From: Haliotis rubra
Taxonomy: Eukaryota
DNA: 64,000 nucleotides
Assembly (NCBI RefSeq): GCF_003918875.1
Contig: NW_025767412.1
Location: 1,674,001-1,738,000 of the forward strand
Direction: 5' to 3'
Below are positions 12,760 to 22,936 of the stretch, one piece after another. Each line of letters opens with the position of its first letter. Positions within the stretch are counted from its first letter, which is position 1. Below the pieces are notes generated by a model. The model was not told where the DNA came from. It saw only the letters and a list, made by a program, of their open reading frames with translations, and searched no databases. The position numbers and the translations under genes were made by a program.

Positions 12760-12904
12760 ATCTGACAAATATCGCTACTGTATCTGTACGAGTGTTAGTG
12801 CGTGCTGTTGTTGCATGACACATCCCGCATTTTGACTGATCCTTCCACAAAAATATCGTTCTATGACATTTTGGGTATGTATTTCCAACAACGACTTCAG
12901 TTTT

Positions 12905-13003
12905 TCAAGAACAAACCGTGATTTATTTACAGAGGGCACATTTTACATAAATGCATTACTGATAGAAATAGTGAATGGTCTTCACGTGATCAGAGTTTTT
13001 TTT
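12905..13003 (-). other. Predicted non-coding 3' UTR exon 3 of gene 2
   Basis: Acceptor T10CAG| at 13004 and AATAAA at 12922-12927 (-). The block is conserved with 20830-20962 and 28190-28319. Confidence 0.65.
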
Positions 13004-13089
13004 CTGAAAAAAAAAATAATCCCGATAATAACTTTAGAGGATCAAACACAAAACTAGAAATCAACAGCACTGGAAATCGAATGGTGTAT

Positions 13090-13229
13090 NNNNNNNNNNN
13101 NNNNNNNNNNNNNNNNNNNNNNNNNNNNNNNNNNNNNNNNNNNNNNNNNNNNNNNNNNNNNNNNNNNNNNNNNNNNNNNNNNNNNNNNNNNNNNNNNNNN
13201 NNNNNNNNNNNNNNNNNNNNNNNNNNNNN
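13090..13229. other. Assembly gap (140 N)
   Basis: Run of N inside predicted intron 2 of gene 2. Confidence 1.
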
Positions 13230-14059
13230 TCATCTTTTCCATATGATGGGAAATTCTCTGTTCTGCCTTCGTCACGCCGAAGACCTGGGTTCGATTCCAG
13301 ACATGGTACAGTGTCTGAAGCCCATTTCTGGTGTCCCCACCATGTTATTGTTAGAATATTTCTAAAAGCGGCCTAAAACTAACTCTCTCACTCATTCATT
13401 CGCCCATCATGTACATAAATGCACTTCATATTCCCCATATGATGAGAAATTCTGTGTTCTGTGATGTCGTGTCCAGTCGTTATAGGCAAAGCAAAATCCT
13501 CAAAGCAACCTTTGCCTATTATATACTTAACTTATATCGATGGAAACCGCCTTTATTGAAATAACTTAAATGATGTGATTAGCCGACTACTCAAGGCAGG
13601 GGGGGGGAGGGGTATGCAAATATCATGACGCTATTTTTTATGTCGCAGAGTTGCCTCCCTTGGCCATGCCAGAAACCCTTGCTTATGGGTTCGAATCTCG
13701 GTCCGTCCTGTGTGTGTCTTTCTCACCTTGGATTTCACCAAAGTGGTAGCTGTGTGGCACCTGCATTACTTCGAGTTTTCCTCCGACAGAGAGCTGGTCA
13801 GATGAGGGATAACTGATTGAGTGTAATAGTGTTCACACAAACCAAACTGAGTCAGTGTCATATGACTTGTTTACATAGTAATGCGTTGAGAATAATATAG
13901 AATACATAATATGGTCGTCATTCGTATGAATAATTGGCAGTGAGTAAGGGGTAGGGGCTAGGGACAAGAGACATAGGCGTCTCCGTTCGCTGTCCACTAC
14001 ACCTGCCCGAAACTGATTAAATAAGCTTGTCACCAAGTGATCTTGGGTTTCATCAAACT

Positions 14060-14223
14060 TGAGTGAGTGAGTATGGTTTCACGCCACGTTAAGCAATATT
14101 CTAGCAATATTACGGCGGGGGACACCAGAAATGGTCTTTGCACATTGTACCCATGTGGGGAATCGAACCGGGTCTTCAGCGTGACAAGCGGATGTTTTAA
14201 CCATTAGGCTGCCCCACCGCCCC
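14060..14223 (-). mobile_element. SINE family A copy
   Basis: Matches 10028-10193 from head to tail. Confidence 0.85.
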
Positions 14224-14508
14224 TTCACCAAACTGGAAAAAATCCTGCACGTCCACGTCAGACTGACAAGCCGTTACTTCCTTGAAGTACATTACGTAAA
14301 TACTTCGAGTAATCTGAGGTTCGACACAAATGCAACATGATAATTAAAGTAAGAACATGCATAGACCAAGCCTCTACTTCGAGACAGCCGTATCGTCGAC
14401 ACATCAAAGCTCGACACAACGGTGTGTTACTGTCACTAACATACTGCTAAATGCAGCGTAAACCTCTTACCCATTAATGACACTTACCTTAACTGACACT
14501 GGAGAGTT

Positions 14509-14628
14509 TTAGTTTGTAGAGATGTCGAGATGGGCACACACCCCTTGAAACTGGGAAAATTTGGCACGTTTTTATACGCTTCTATCTTGTTACCACTTGA
14601 CTTAAAGCACCAAAGATCAAACTGGCAC
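14509..14628 (-). CDS. Perlustrin-like paralogue (gene 2), exon 2; 1-bp frameshift at 14541-14544
   Basis: Acceptor TTTGTTTTCCAG| at 14629; reads (R)CQFDLWCFKSSGNKIEAYKNVPNFPSFKG. Adding one base to the G4 run gives VCAHLDISTN-TAA (stop 14509-14511), collinear with VCARVDVCTS-TAA of the perlustrin copies. Donor AAG|GTAAGT at 14487. Confidence 0.85.
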
Positions 14629-15199
14629 CTGGAAAACAAAACTTGCCTTGACCCGTGGGCTTCAATGTCCTGTATACTAGTATATTTATAATCGCACCAC
14701 CGTATATATAATAATCTCACTCGGATCGTTATATATGCCCCCTCCACTTCATGTTACATTGCTGCCTGACAACGGTACAATATCCTGTATCGAATCTAGT
14801 ATGCCACTCAAGGAAGTTGCAAGCATATCATTCTACACATTTAACACACTGTACACTGTACATGTTACATATACATACTATGTATCAATTTACGCGTTTC
14901 TCGTCCCATAGTAAAGTATAGATATGTCAGTATTGTCGTCAGCTGTAGTAAAGTACTTAGTATATCATTGTGCACATATATATCAGTATAGCGGTAAACA
15001 CATATTGCACACTATAGTGAAGTACAAGTAAATCAGTATTGTATTACACATATCATACACGGTCGTACAAAATGAATAAATCAGTATACAAATATTATAT
15101 GCTATAGTAAAGTATAAGTATATCAGTAAACACATATAATACAAAGTAGCATAGTATAGGTAAATAGTATACCACCCACTATAGTAAATCATACGTAAA

Positions 15200-16025
15200 T
15201 CAGTATACACATAGACAGTGTCAGTATACGCTGTATACACATAGACGGTGTCAGTATACGCTTTATACACATAGACAGTGTCAATATACCCTGTATACAC
15301 TTAGACTGTCAGTTTACGCTGTATACACATAGACATTGTCAGTATACGCTTTATACACATAGACAGTGTCAGTATACGCTGTATACACATAGACTGTCAG
15401 TTTACGCTGTATACACATAGACGGTGTCAGTATACGCTGTATACACAGACAGTGTCAGTACACGCTGTATACACAGACATTGTCAGCATACGCTGTATAC
15501 ACAGACAGTGTCAGTATACGCTGTATACACATAGACTATCAGTTTACGCTGTATACACATAGGCAGTGTCAGTTTACGCTGTATACACATAGACGGTGTC
15601 AGTTTACGCTGTATACACATAGACAGTGTCAGTACACGCTGTATACACAGACAGTGTCAGTATACGCTTTATACACATAGACAGTGTCAGTATACGCTCT
15701 ATACACATAGACTGTCAGTATACGCTGTATACACATAGACAGTGTCAGTATACGCTCTATACACATAGACTGTCAGTATACGCTGTATACACATAGACTG
15801 TCAGTATACGCTCTATACACATAGACTGTCAGTATACGCTTTATACACATAGACATTGTCAGTATACGCTCTATACACATAGACTGTCAGTACACGCTGT
15901 ATACACATAGACAGTGTCAGTATACGCTGTATACACATAGACAGTGTCAGTATACGCTGTATACACAGACAGTGTCAGTATACGCTGTATACACATAGAC
16001 AGTGTCAGTATACGCTCTATACACA
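15200..16025. repeat. 28-30-bp minisatellite (CAGTATACGCTGTATACACATAGACAGTGT)n in intron 1 of gene 2
   Basis: About 28 tandem units; absent from the homologous intron of the perlustrin copies. Confidence 0.95.
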
Positions 16026-16266
16026 TATGTCACACATACGATATAGTAAAGTGTAAATATATCATTACAGTATTAACATATCACACGTCATAGTAAGTAC
16101 ATGCATGTCATTATACACAGATAACGCACCACATATACAGGACAAAAACTCAACTGAAACGAGAACTCTCTAAAATTGTTGTTCTTGCTGTCTTTGTTCA
16201 TGAGTTCCTGCCAATACTAAATGAACAATTGAAGACTTATACAATAGGATGAGAGTAGGTTAGGAT

Positions 16267-16503
16267 GAGTGAGTTTAGTTTTACGCCGCACTCAGCAATA
16301 TTCCAGTCATATGTGCCGGTCTGGAAATAATCGATCCGGACCAGACAATCCGGTGATAAACAACATGAGCATCAATCTACGCAATTGGGATACGGTGGCA
16401 TATGTCAACCAAGTCAGCGAGCCTGACCATCCGATCCCGTAATCGCCTCTTACGACAAGCATGGGTTACTGAAGATCAATTCTAACCCGGACCTTCACGG
16501 GTA
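16267..16503 (-). mobile_element. SINE family B copy
   Basis: Reverse complement of the 7609-7857 element. Confidence 0.85.
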
Positions 16504-16629
16504 TGTAGGTTCGGAGATGAAGGGACTGCTTAATGTAACAATATTGCATTGGGCGGGGTAGCTTGGGGTACACAAGAATTGGAAAATAAATTTCAGACTT
16601 GGCACAAACACGAAAACGTTTTGAAATAC

Positions 16630-16823
16630 CTTTGTGTCAAGCTTCCGCAGGGTTGTCCAAGCTCAAGTGGACATTTTGGGCAACAACCGCAAGGGGCGTA
16701 CACGTAGTTCGGAGGTTGACAGGGTAAACCGACGGTCGTGCAAGCAACATCTTCACAGCTAGTACAAGTCAAGGCATCGGAATACAGGGCAAGACTCAGG
16801 AACACAAAGACACCCAACATCAT
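16630..16823 (-). CDS. Perlustrin-like paralogue (gene 2), exon 1
   Basis: MMLGVFVFLSLALYSDA|LTCTSCEDVACTTVGLPCQPPNYVYAPCGCCPKCPLELGQPCGSLTQ(R); phase-2 donor AG|GTATTT at 16629. Confidence 0.92.
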
Positions 16824-16906
16824 CTTGCAAACTGTCTTGCACGAGTTGATTACAAGACTTGGACGATTCATGCAACAGGATTAATACAACACAGGCACCT
16901 GCGTTG

Positions 16907-16914
16907 CTTATATG
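16907..16914 (-). promoter_or_regulatory. TATA-like box of gene 2 (CATATAAG)
   Basis: Same distance from the ATG as TATATAAA in the perlustrin copies, within an alignable upstream block. Confidence 0.5.
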
Positions 16915-17204
16915 GGTGTTTGAGGCATCGCGGGGATTAGAGTGTCGTGTTTTAAAGCTTAAAAATCTATTTGTGAAATGAAAAAGTTCTCTAGAACGGC
17001 TTGTTTGGCATGTTTAAGGAAATATCATTTCAAACAGAGACAAGTCAGCTTGCATTTGACAACTCACCTTACATTTGATACCTTATAACTGACACCTTCC
17101 TTGGCATTTGTCATACCTCATCAGCTGAAACCTTCTACTTTACCAGTGTGGCTAGCTTTTTAAAGGAAAATACAGTTGGGCCCATTGTAAACTGTTTTGA
17201 ATAA

Positions 17205-17465
17205 TGTACTGTCTGCGTGGCAGTGTTATTCCGCAAGATAATGTCTGTCTGACAGTGTTATTCCATAGGTACTGTCTGTGTGGCAGTGTTATTCCATAAG
17301 GTACTGTCTGTGTGGCAGTGTTATTCCATAAGGTACTGTCTGTGCGGCAGTGTTATTCCATAATGTACTGTCTGTGCGGCACTGTAATTCCCTAAGGTAC
17401 TGTCTGTGTGGCAGTGTTTTTCCATAAGGTACTGTCTGTGTGGCAGTGTTATTCCATAAGGTACT
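17205..17465. repeat. 32-bp minisatellite (GTACTGTCTGTGTGGCAGTGTTATTCCATAAG)n
   Basis: About 8 tandem units upstream of gene 2. Confidence 0.9.
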
Positions 17466-17826
17466 CTTTGTATGGATGTGTCCGTGTGGCATTCCAAGTC
17501 CTTTATTCCATAAGGTAAGGATGTGATTCCATGAGGAATACAAGGATGTGTAAACCTTTATCTTGTATCTTCTATAGTCTGTTTGCAGTGAAAACGTACC
17601 GATGAATGTCACTTTAAACAAAAAAGTAAATCAAGTTAAGTGAAATTACGATTGCGAATCCTCATAATTTTACCTTGACAAATGAACATTTACATCTCAG
17701 AATTTTATTCAACTTAGGATAAAAGGTGTTTAACAAACGATCAAGTGCACAGGGGCTTGTAACGCTAAAAACTGCCATCATCTCAGAGGTACTTAGGATA
17801 AAAGGTGTTTAACAAACGATCAAGTG

Positions 17827-18003
17827 CACAGGGGCTTGTAACGCTAAAAACTGCCATCAAGGTATATACTGTCACTGACGGGGTCTTAGTGCTATATATA
17901 TATAGTACTAAGACCCCGTCAGTGACAGTATACTATAGTACTAAGACCCCGTCAGTGACAGTATATACCTTGAGGGCAGTTTTTAGCGTTACAAGCCCCT
18001 GTG
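17827..18003. mobile_element. Palindromic MITE (CACAGGGGCTTGTAACGCTAAAAACTGCC... and its reverse complement)
   Basis: Near-perfect fold-back with an internal ~35-bp duplication. The left end plus flank is also duplicated at ~17713-17780. No clear TSD. Confidence 0.75.
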
Positions 18004-18122
18004 AACAAGTGCTTGCGGTGATATAATCTCTCTCACCTCAACATAAGATACGGTCAATGTCAACATAGTGGGAACGTTAACGATTCACTGTGAAACAATA
18101 AGGATGCAGTGGTTGTGAAGCC

Positions 18123-18280
18123 CATGGTTGGATCCAGGAATTTTGAAAGAGGGGGCTCAGGGGGTTAAAAACCCCTGAACCCCCCTTGGCTCCGCCAACG
18201 CAATTTTTTTTTTCAATGTGGTCTTAAGTCATTTTCAAAAAGGGGGGTCGAACCCCTCCTCCCCTTGGATCCGCCACTGA
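18123..18280. mobile_element. Small MITE with GGATCC-containing inverted ends and G/C runs
   Basis: CATGGTTGGATCCAGG ... CCTTGGATCCGCCACTG imperfect TIRs. Confidence 0.5.
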
Positions 18281-19689
18281 AGCCAATCATAACTCAGCTT
18301 TCAGACGATATGGATTCTTATCTCGTGGCCTCTGTCTCAACATAAGAGCAACCTATGAGTGTCCGTTCCTTCTTTCATTCGTTCCTTCCTTCCTTTCTTC
18401 TTCGTTTGTTCGTTCGTTCCCTCCTCCTTTCGTTTGTTCATTCCTTCCTTCGTTCGCTCTTTCGTTGCCTCGTTCGCCGAACACAACAATATTCCAGCTA
18501 TATGACAGTGGTCTGTAAATAATCTGGACTTCAGACAGTCCAGTGTTTGACATCTTGAGCATCGATCTATAACACATGTGTCAAGCCAGACAACCCGATC
18601 CCGGTAGTCGCTTCTTACCACAAGCATGGGTTGCTTAGATCTTCAGGGTCACAGAACAAAAGACTGCACACGCTGAGATTACTTCTATGAACATGATCCA
18701 GACAAATAACTGTACGTTTCATCATTAAATTCTTTTTTCTTAGTCTGTGACGGTCGAAGAATGTTGTCCAGTACAAAGATGTTTGTTCGTGTTTGATATT
18801 GGCAAGATATTTGTATACCAGCTGTGAAATTACGTAGATTGTGAGTTCCACACCTTAGTGTAAACAGAAAGTAGAAAAGTGTACATTTAAAGCTCTGTTG
18901 AATGATTTAAATGAACAATTGCTTTTGTTTACATTCATGACAAGTCACTTGACTGCGACATCCGTATATTTAAATAATGACTAGACCGGGTTTCCAAAAC
19001 GACATTCTGTGTAGTATCCTTTTTGTGTAGGGTATGCCACGAGCAGAAAAAAACTATTAAAGTAATTAACTGATATAACCAATTTCAAAACAGATTATTC
19101 ACTGTCCCATCAAACTGCTCTTGCACTCGTGAAGCGGACGTTTTAGTCTATTGTTTATATCTAAAACCATGATCGTAACACAGCAAGGTAGGTAACTGAC
19201 CAAAAGAAACATGCATACAATACTTTAGACAGATTTGTCAGAGGTATGTTTTACGGAAATATTTGAATTTATCAAGTGGACAAATGACATTGGAGGTTGC
19301 TAAATATGTTCCAGTCATTCATATTTTTCATCAACATGACAGTGTTCATACATCAAGACAAAAGTTCACAATTAAAGTCATTGTCAGTTCAGCTGACTTG
19401 CGACACATTTACCTTTATTTTCTTTAAATATCTATATATGTGACTTTGTCAGACCTTGCCCCAGGGTGAACATTTAATGCATATCAGCCAGCTCTGACAT
19501 ATAGAGACAATGCACCTCTTGAACCTGTACTTTAAAATTAATGATAAAACTTTATAAATAGTGGAAACAGGACAGTCGTGACAGGAATGAACCTTGGATG
19601 TAGGATATGACCATCAAACTCTTCTTCCTTTTTCCAAACCGAAATCAAAATTTCTGTTAAGAGTACATCATGGTGCAAGTTACCTATTT

Positions 19690-20608
19690 AAGAAATACAC
19701 TTCGCTCTACCACCATGTATAGTGTAATAAAACACACTTTTGCCTTGAACTATTATAGTTAAAGCACGAGGACGCTTGCGTCCGAGTGCTTTAACGTTAT
19801 AATAGTTCAGGGCGAAAGTGTGTTTTATTACACTATACATGGTGGTAGGGCGAAGTGTATTTCTTTTTCTAAGATGCCAAATTTAATACTTTCAAAAGAT
19901 AATTACGATTGATTTAAGGCAGAAAACAAACGACGGTGTCGGTGACCTAAATTAAGAATCCTCGCACAGGGCTAACTGGCGCGCTGTTCTATTGATGTGT
20001 CTGCCCCCTACGTTAAGACGAACGTTACCAGAAAAAAACAAATGATAACAGTTTGATGACGGTTTACGTTCGGATTAAATATCTTCTCTCTGAATTATTT
20101 TAATTACATCTGTCATTAACGTAAACCATATGGGGCAATATGAACGTTGCATTTCTACTACCAGCGTAAGTTTAGATCAGTACATCCAGAGGAAGTTGAG
20201 TAGTCAAGCGACATTCCACGAATGCATTGTGGGAATGTAAACATTACGAACGTTACCGTGTCGCTGAAAACTTGTGAGTCGAAATGACACATTTTAACCG
20301 TCGTAAAACATAAACGTAATGTTTCCACCAGTGATGTTAGCTGCGTGAAGCAACAGCAAACCAAGAAACTGGATGCAACGGTGTAGTTTACTGTAGGAGG
20401 CCGTACGAGGCGATGACAACTGACATGCATCGTGACGTCGCTTACATTGTGACGTAATGTAAAATGGTTCGATTACGAGGGGGCACACTAGAATGGCGCA
20501 GTGACGGGATAACGTCATTCAATTGTTACGTCATCAAAAAACTATACCTTTATTGTCTCATAATGTATTTTTTTTTCGATTGTTCTAACCGCTAGGCATC
20601 TTAGAAAA
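19690..20608. mobile_element. Non-autonomous element with a 176-bp terminal hairpin and a 14-bp inverted repeat (possibly Crypton-like)
   Basis: Hairpin at 19690-19865; TTTTCTAAGATGCC (~19865) / GGCATCTTAGAAAA (~20595-20608). Absent from the paralogous site at ~11110. Confidence 0.7.
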
Positions 20609-20829
20609 CAAAACACACGACCTCTAACAACTAAATCACTCATTTATACGTTACTGTACGTATCTGACAAATATAGCGTCTGTATCAGTCATGTGTTAGT
20701 GAGTGCTGTTGCATATTCTAGATACATCACCGTGCCCATGAAAGTTCTACAATTAAGTCTTCATAAGGACCAAACCGTCACATAGCGTGACACATTCTGC
20801 ATTTAGACTGCTCCTCCATCACAGGGACG

Positions 20830-20962
20830 TCAGTCATTTTAAAAAACGTGATTTATTTACAGAGAGCACATTTTACATAAATGCATTACTGCATGTTTAA
20901 CAATGCGACTGACTGAAATAGTGTCTGGTGTCTGTTTGCTTGAGTGTCTTCAGAGGCTGTTT
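20830..20962 (-). other. Predicted 3' UTR exon 3 of perlustrin copy A
   Basis: Acceptor TATCTGTTTTCAG| at 20963, AATAAA at 20852-20857 (-), and matching donor AAG|GTCAGT at 21978, 10 nt after the stop codon. Confidence 0.7.
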
Positions 20963-21136
20963 CTGAAAACAGATAAATAATTCCGATGATGGCTTCAAAC
21001 ACAAAACTAGAAATCAACAGTAATCAACTGTTGTATATATGTCCCTTCCCTTCTTTCCTTCATTCATTCATTCATCATGCACATAAATACTCTTTCCATA
21101 ATATATTTTCCATATGATAGGAAATTATCTGTTCTG

Positions 21137-21760
21137 TACGGAAGCTACCGAATTCTGCCGGCGATATCTCTCTCAGAGCCGTGAAATGGTGCTTTGGTGA
21201 ACATTCATGCGTCGGGCAACTGCACGTTGAGACTGGCCAGCTTCAAGCAAACCAATGGCGATATGACCGTTGGCTTCACTTAGACGTGGCATTTTGCGTT
21301 CGTCAACAATAATCCAAATACAGTGAATAATCGACAGACAGCGATCAACCTTTTATACCCATCATTGAGACTATCTGATCCCCAACTTTCACGTGCATTG
21401 TGTATTCTGTGACACTACACGCCGAAATTGAAAATCATGCCGTTAAATACGGGTATTTTACGGATGGTGCGTTTTGTTGTGATGTTTCAAAACATAAACA
21501 CCATTGGACTCATAAACATAGCAAACCCTTTTGTAAACTGAATCACGTTTTAATTCAATGCTGAAATTGATATTTTCATGATGCGTTTCTTTTTGGGAGA
21601 GTATATCAATACAAGTAACTATAATGACAATTCTTTGCCTTTTAATTTCGTATTGTTTTACGCCGTACTCAACATTTGTCCACCCCAGTCAAGTCAACCT
21701 GTAAACAATTACGAAAAAGCCAATAACATTTTCTCACCGTGGCCCTACTACGCTTCCGTA
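21137..21760. mobile_element. Non-autonomous DNA element, 9-bp TIR TACGGAAGC, 6-bp TSD GTTCTG (duplicate at 28497-29122)
   Basis: TSD at 21131-21136 and 21761-21766; the empty site (GTTCTGTGATGTCGTG) is seen in the gene 2 intron at ~13457. Confidence 0.8.
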
Positions 21761-21988
21761 GTTCTGTAATCTCGTGCCCAGTCGTTTTAGGCAAAGCAAA
21801 ATTTTCAAAGCAATGTGTAAAACTTAACGACTTCTTTTATTGACTTTTAAATGACTAGAATGATGTGGTTCGATTCCCAAAATCGGTACAGTGAGTGAAG
21901 CCCATTTCTGTTGTCCCCCTCTGGTAAAAGCGGCGTAAAACTAACTCACTCACTTTCTTACTTTAAATCGACACTGACCTTGAGAGTT

Positions 21989-22109
21989 TTAGCTTGTACA
22001 GACGTCGACCCTGGCGCACACACCCTTGAAATTGAGATACCATGGCACGTATTTATAGGCTTCTATCTTGTTCCTTTTTCGCCTCAAGCACCAAAGATCA
22101 AACTGGCAC
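21989..22109 (-). CDS. perlustrin: Perlustrin copy A, exon 2
   Basis: Acceptor TTTATTTTCTAG| at 22110; reads (R)CQFDLWCLRRKRNKIEAYKYVPWYLNFKGVCARVDVCTS*. Confidence 0.92.
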
Positions 22110-22213
22110 CTAGAAAATAAAATTTGCCATGCATAAAATATGCACATATACGGCATCACAGTAAAGGACAAATAGACAACTGAAGCGACAACTCTCTCAA
22201 ATACTGTTCTACA

Positions 22214-22440
22214 CGTGAAGATCGGGGATAAAACTGGTATTCATGCTTGTCGTAAGGGCCGACTAATGGGATCGGGTTCTCACTGACTTGGTTGGCATGT
22301 CAACGTAACCCAACTGCATAGATCGATGCTCATGCTGTTGTTCACTGGATTGTCAGGTCCAGACTTGATTATTTACAGACAGCCGCCATATAGCTTGACT
22401 ATTGCTGAGTGCGGCATTACACAACCAACAAACAAACAAA
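22214..22440 (+). mobile_element. SINE family B copy in perlustrin intron 1 (duplicate at ~29577-29803)
   Basis: Family B core with an (AAAC)n tail. Confidence 0.75.
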
Positions 22441-22651
22441 AACTGTTATATTCGAATAATCACAACGAAGTATAACGAAGTAAAATAAAATGAACCATTG
22501 GAGATTTACACAGTAGGATGAGAGTAGGTTGGGAGGGGTAGGGGCTGCATTAACGCAACAATATTGCATTGGGTCCGGGTCTGTGTTGGGTTTTGAGGAC
22601 ACAAGAATCGGGAATGGATTTCACAAATCGTACAAAAACAACTTCAAATAC

Positions 22652-22845
22652 CTTTGTGTGAAGCTTCCGCATGGTTGTCCAAGCTCAAGTGGACATTCTG
22701 GGCAACAACCGCAAGGCGGGTACACGTATTCCGATGGCTTACAGGGTAAGCCGATGTACGGGCAAGGAGTATTTTCACAGCTAGCGCATGACAAGGCATC
22801 AGAATACAGGGCAAGACTCAAGACCACTAAGACACCCAACATCAT
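22652..22845 (-). CDS. perlustrin: Perlustrin copy A, exon 1 (104-aa precursor with exon 2; nacre IGFBP-N-domain protein)
   Basis: MMLGVLVVLSLALYSDA|LSCASCENTPCPYIGLPCKPSEYVYPPCGCCPECPLELGQPCGSFTQ(R). The mature sequence closely matches Haliotis laevigata perlustrin as recalled (LSCASCEN...IGLPCKPSEYVY..CGCCP.CPLELGQPCGSFTQRCQFDLWCLRRK.NKIEAYKYVPW.L.FKGVCARVDV). Phase-2 donor at 22651. Confidence 0.93.
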
Positions 22846-22928
22846 CTTGCAAACTGTCTTACACTAATTGAGTACAAGATCTGGCAGACTTATACAACAG
22901 CATCAATACAACACGGGCACCTGCATTG

Positions 22929-22936
22929 TTTATATA
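22929..22936 (-). promoter_or_regulatory. TATA box of perlustrin copy A (TATATAAA); copy B equivalent at 30292-30299
   Basis: Canonical TATA sequence 84 bp upstream of the ATG. Confidence 0.65.

Noticed and set aside
22529-22867. 112-aa plus-strand Gly/Gln-containing ORF (and 29928..30230)
   Set aside because: Antisense shadow of perlustrin exon 1.
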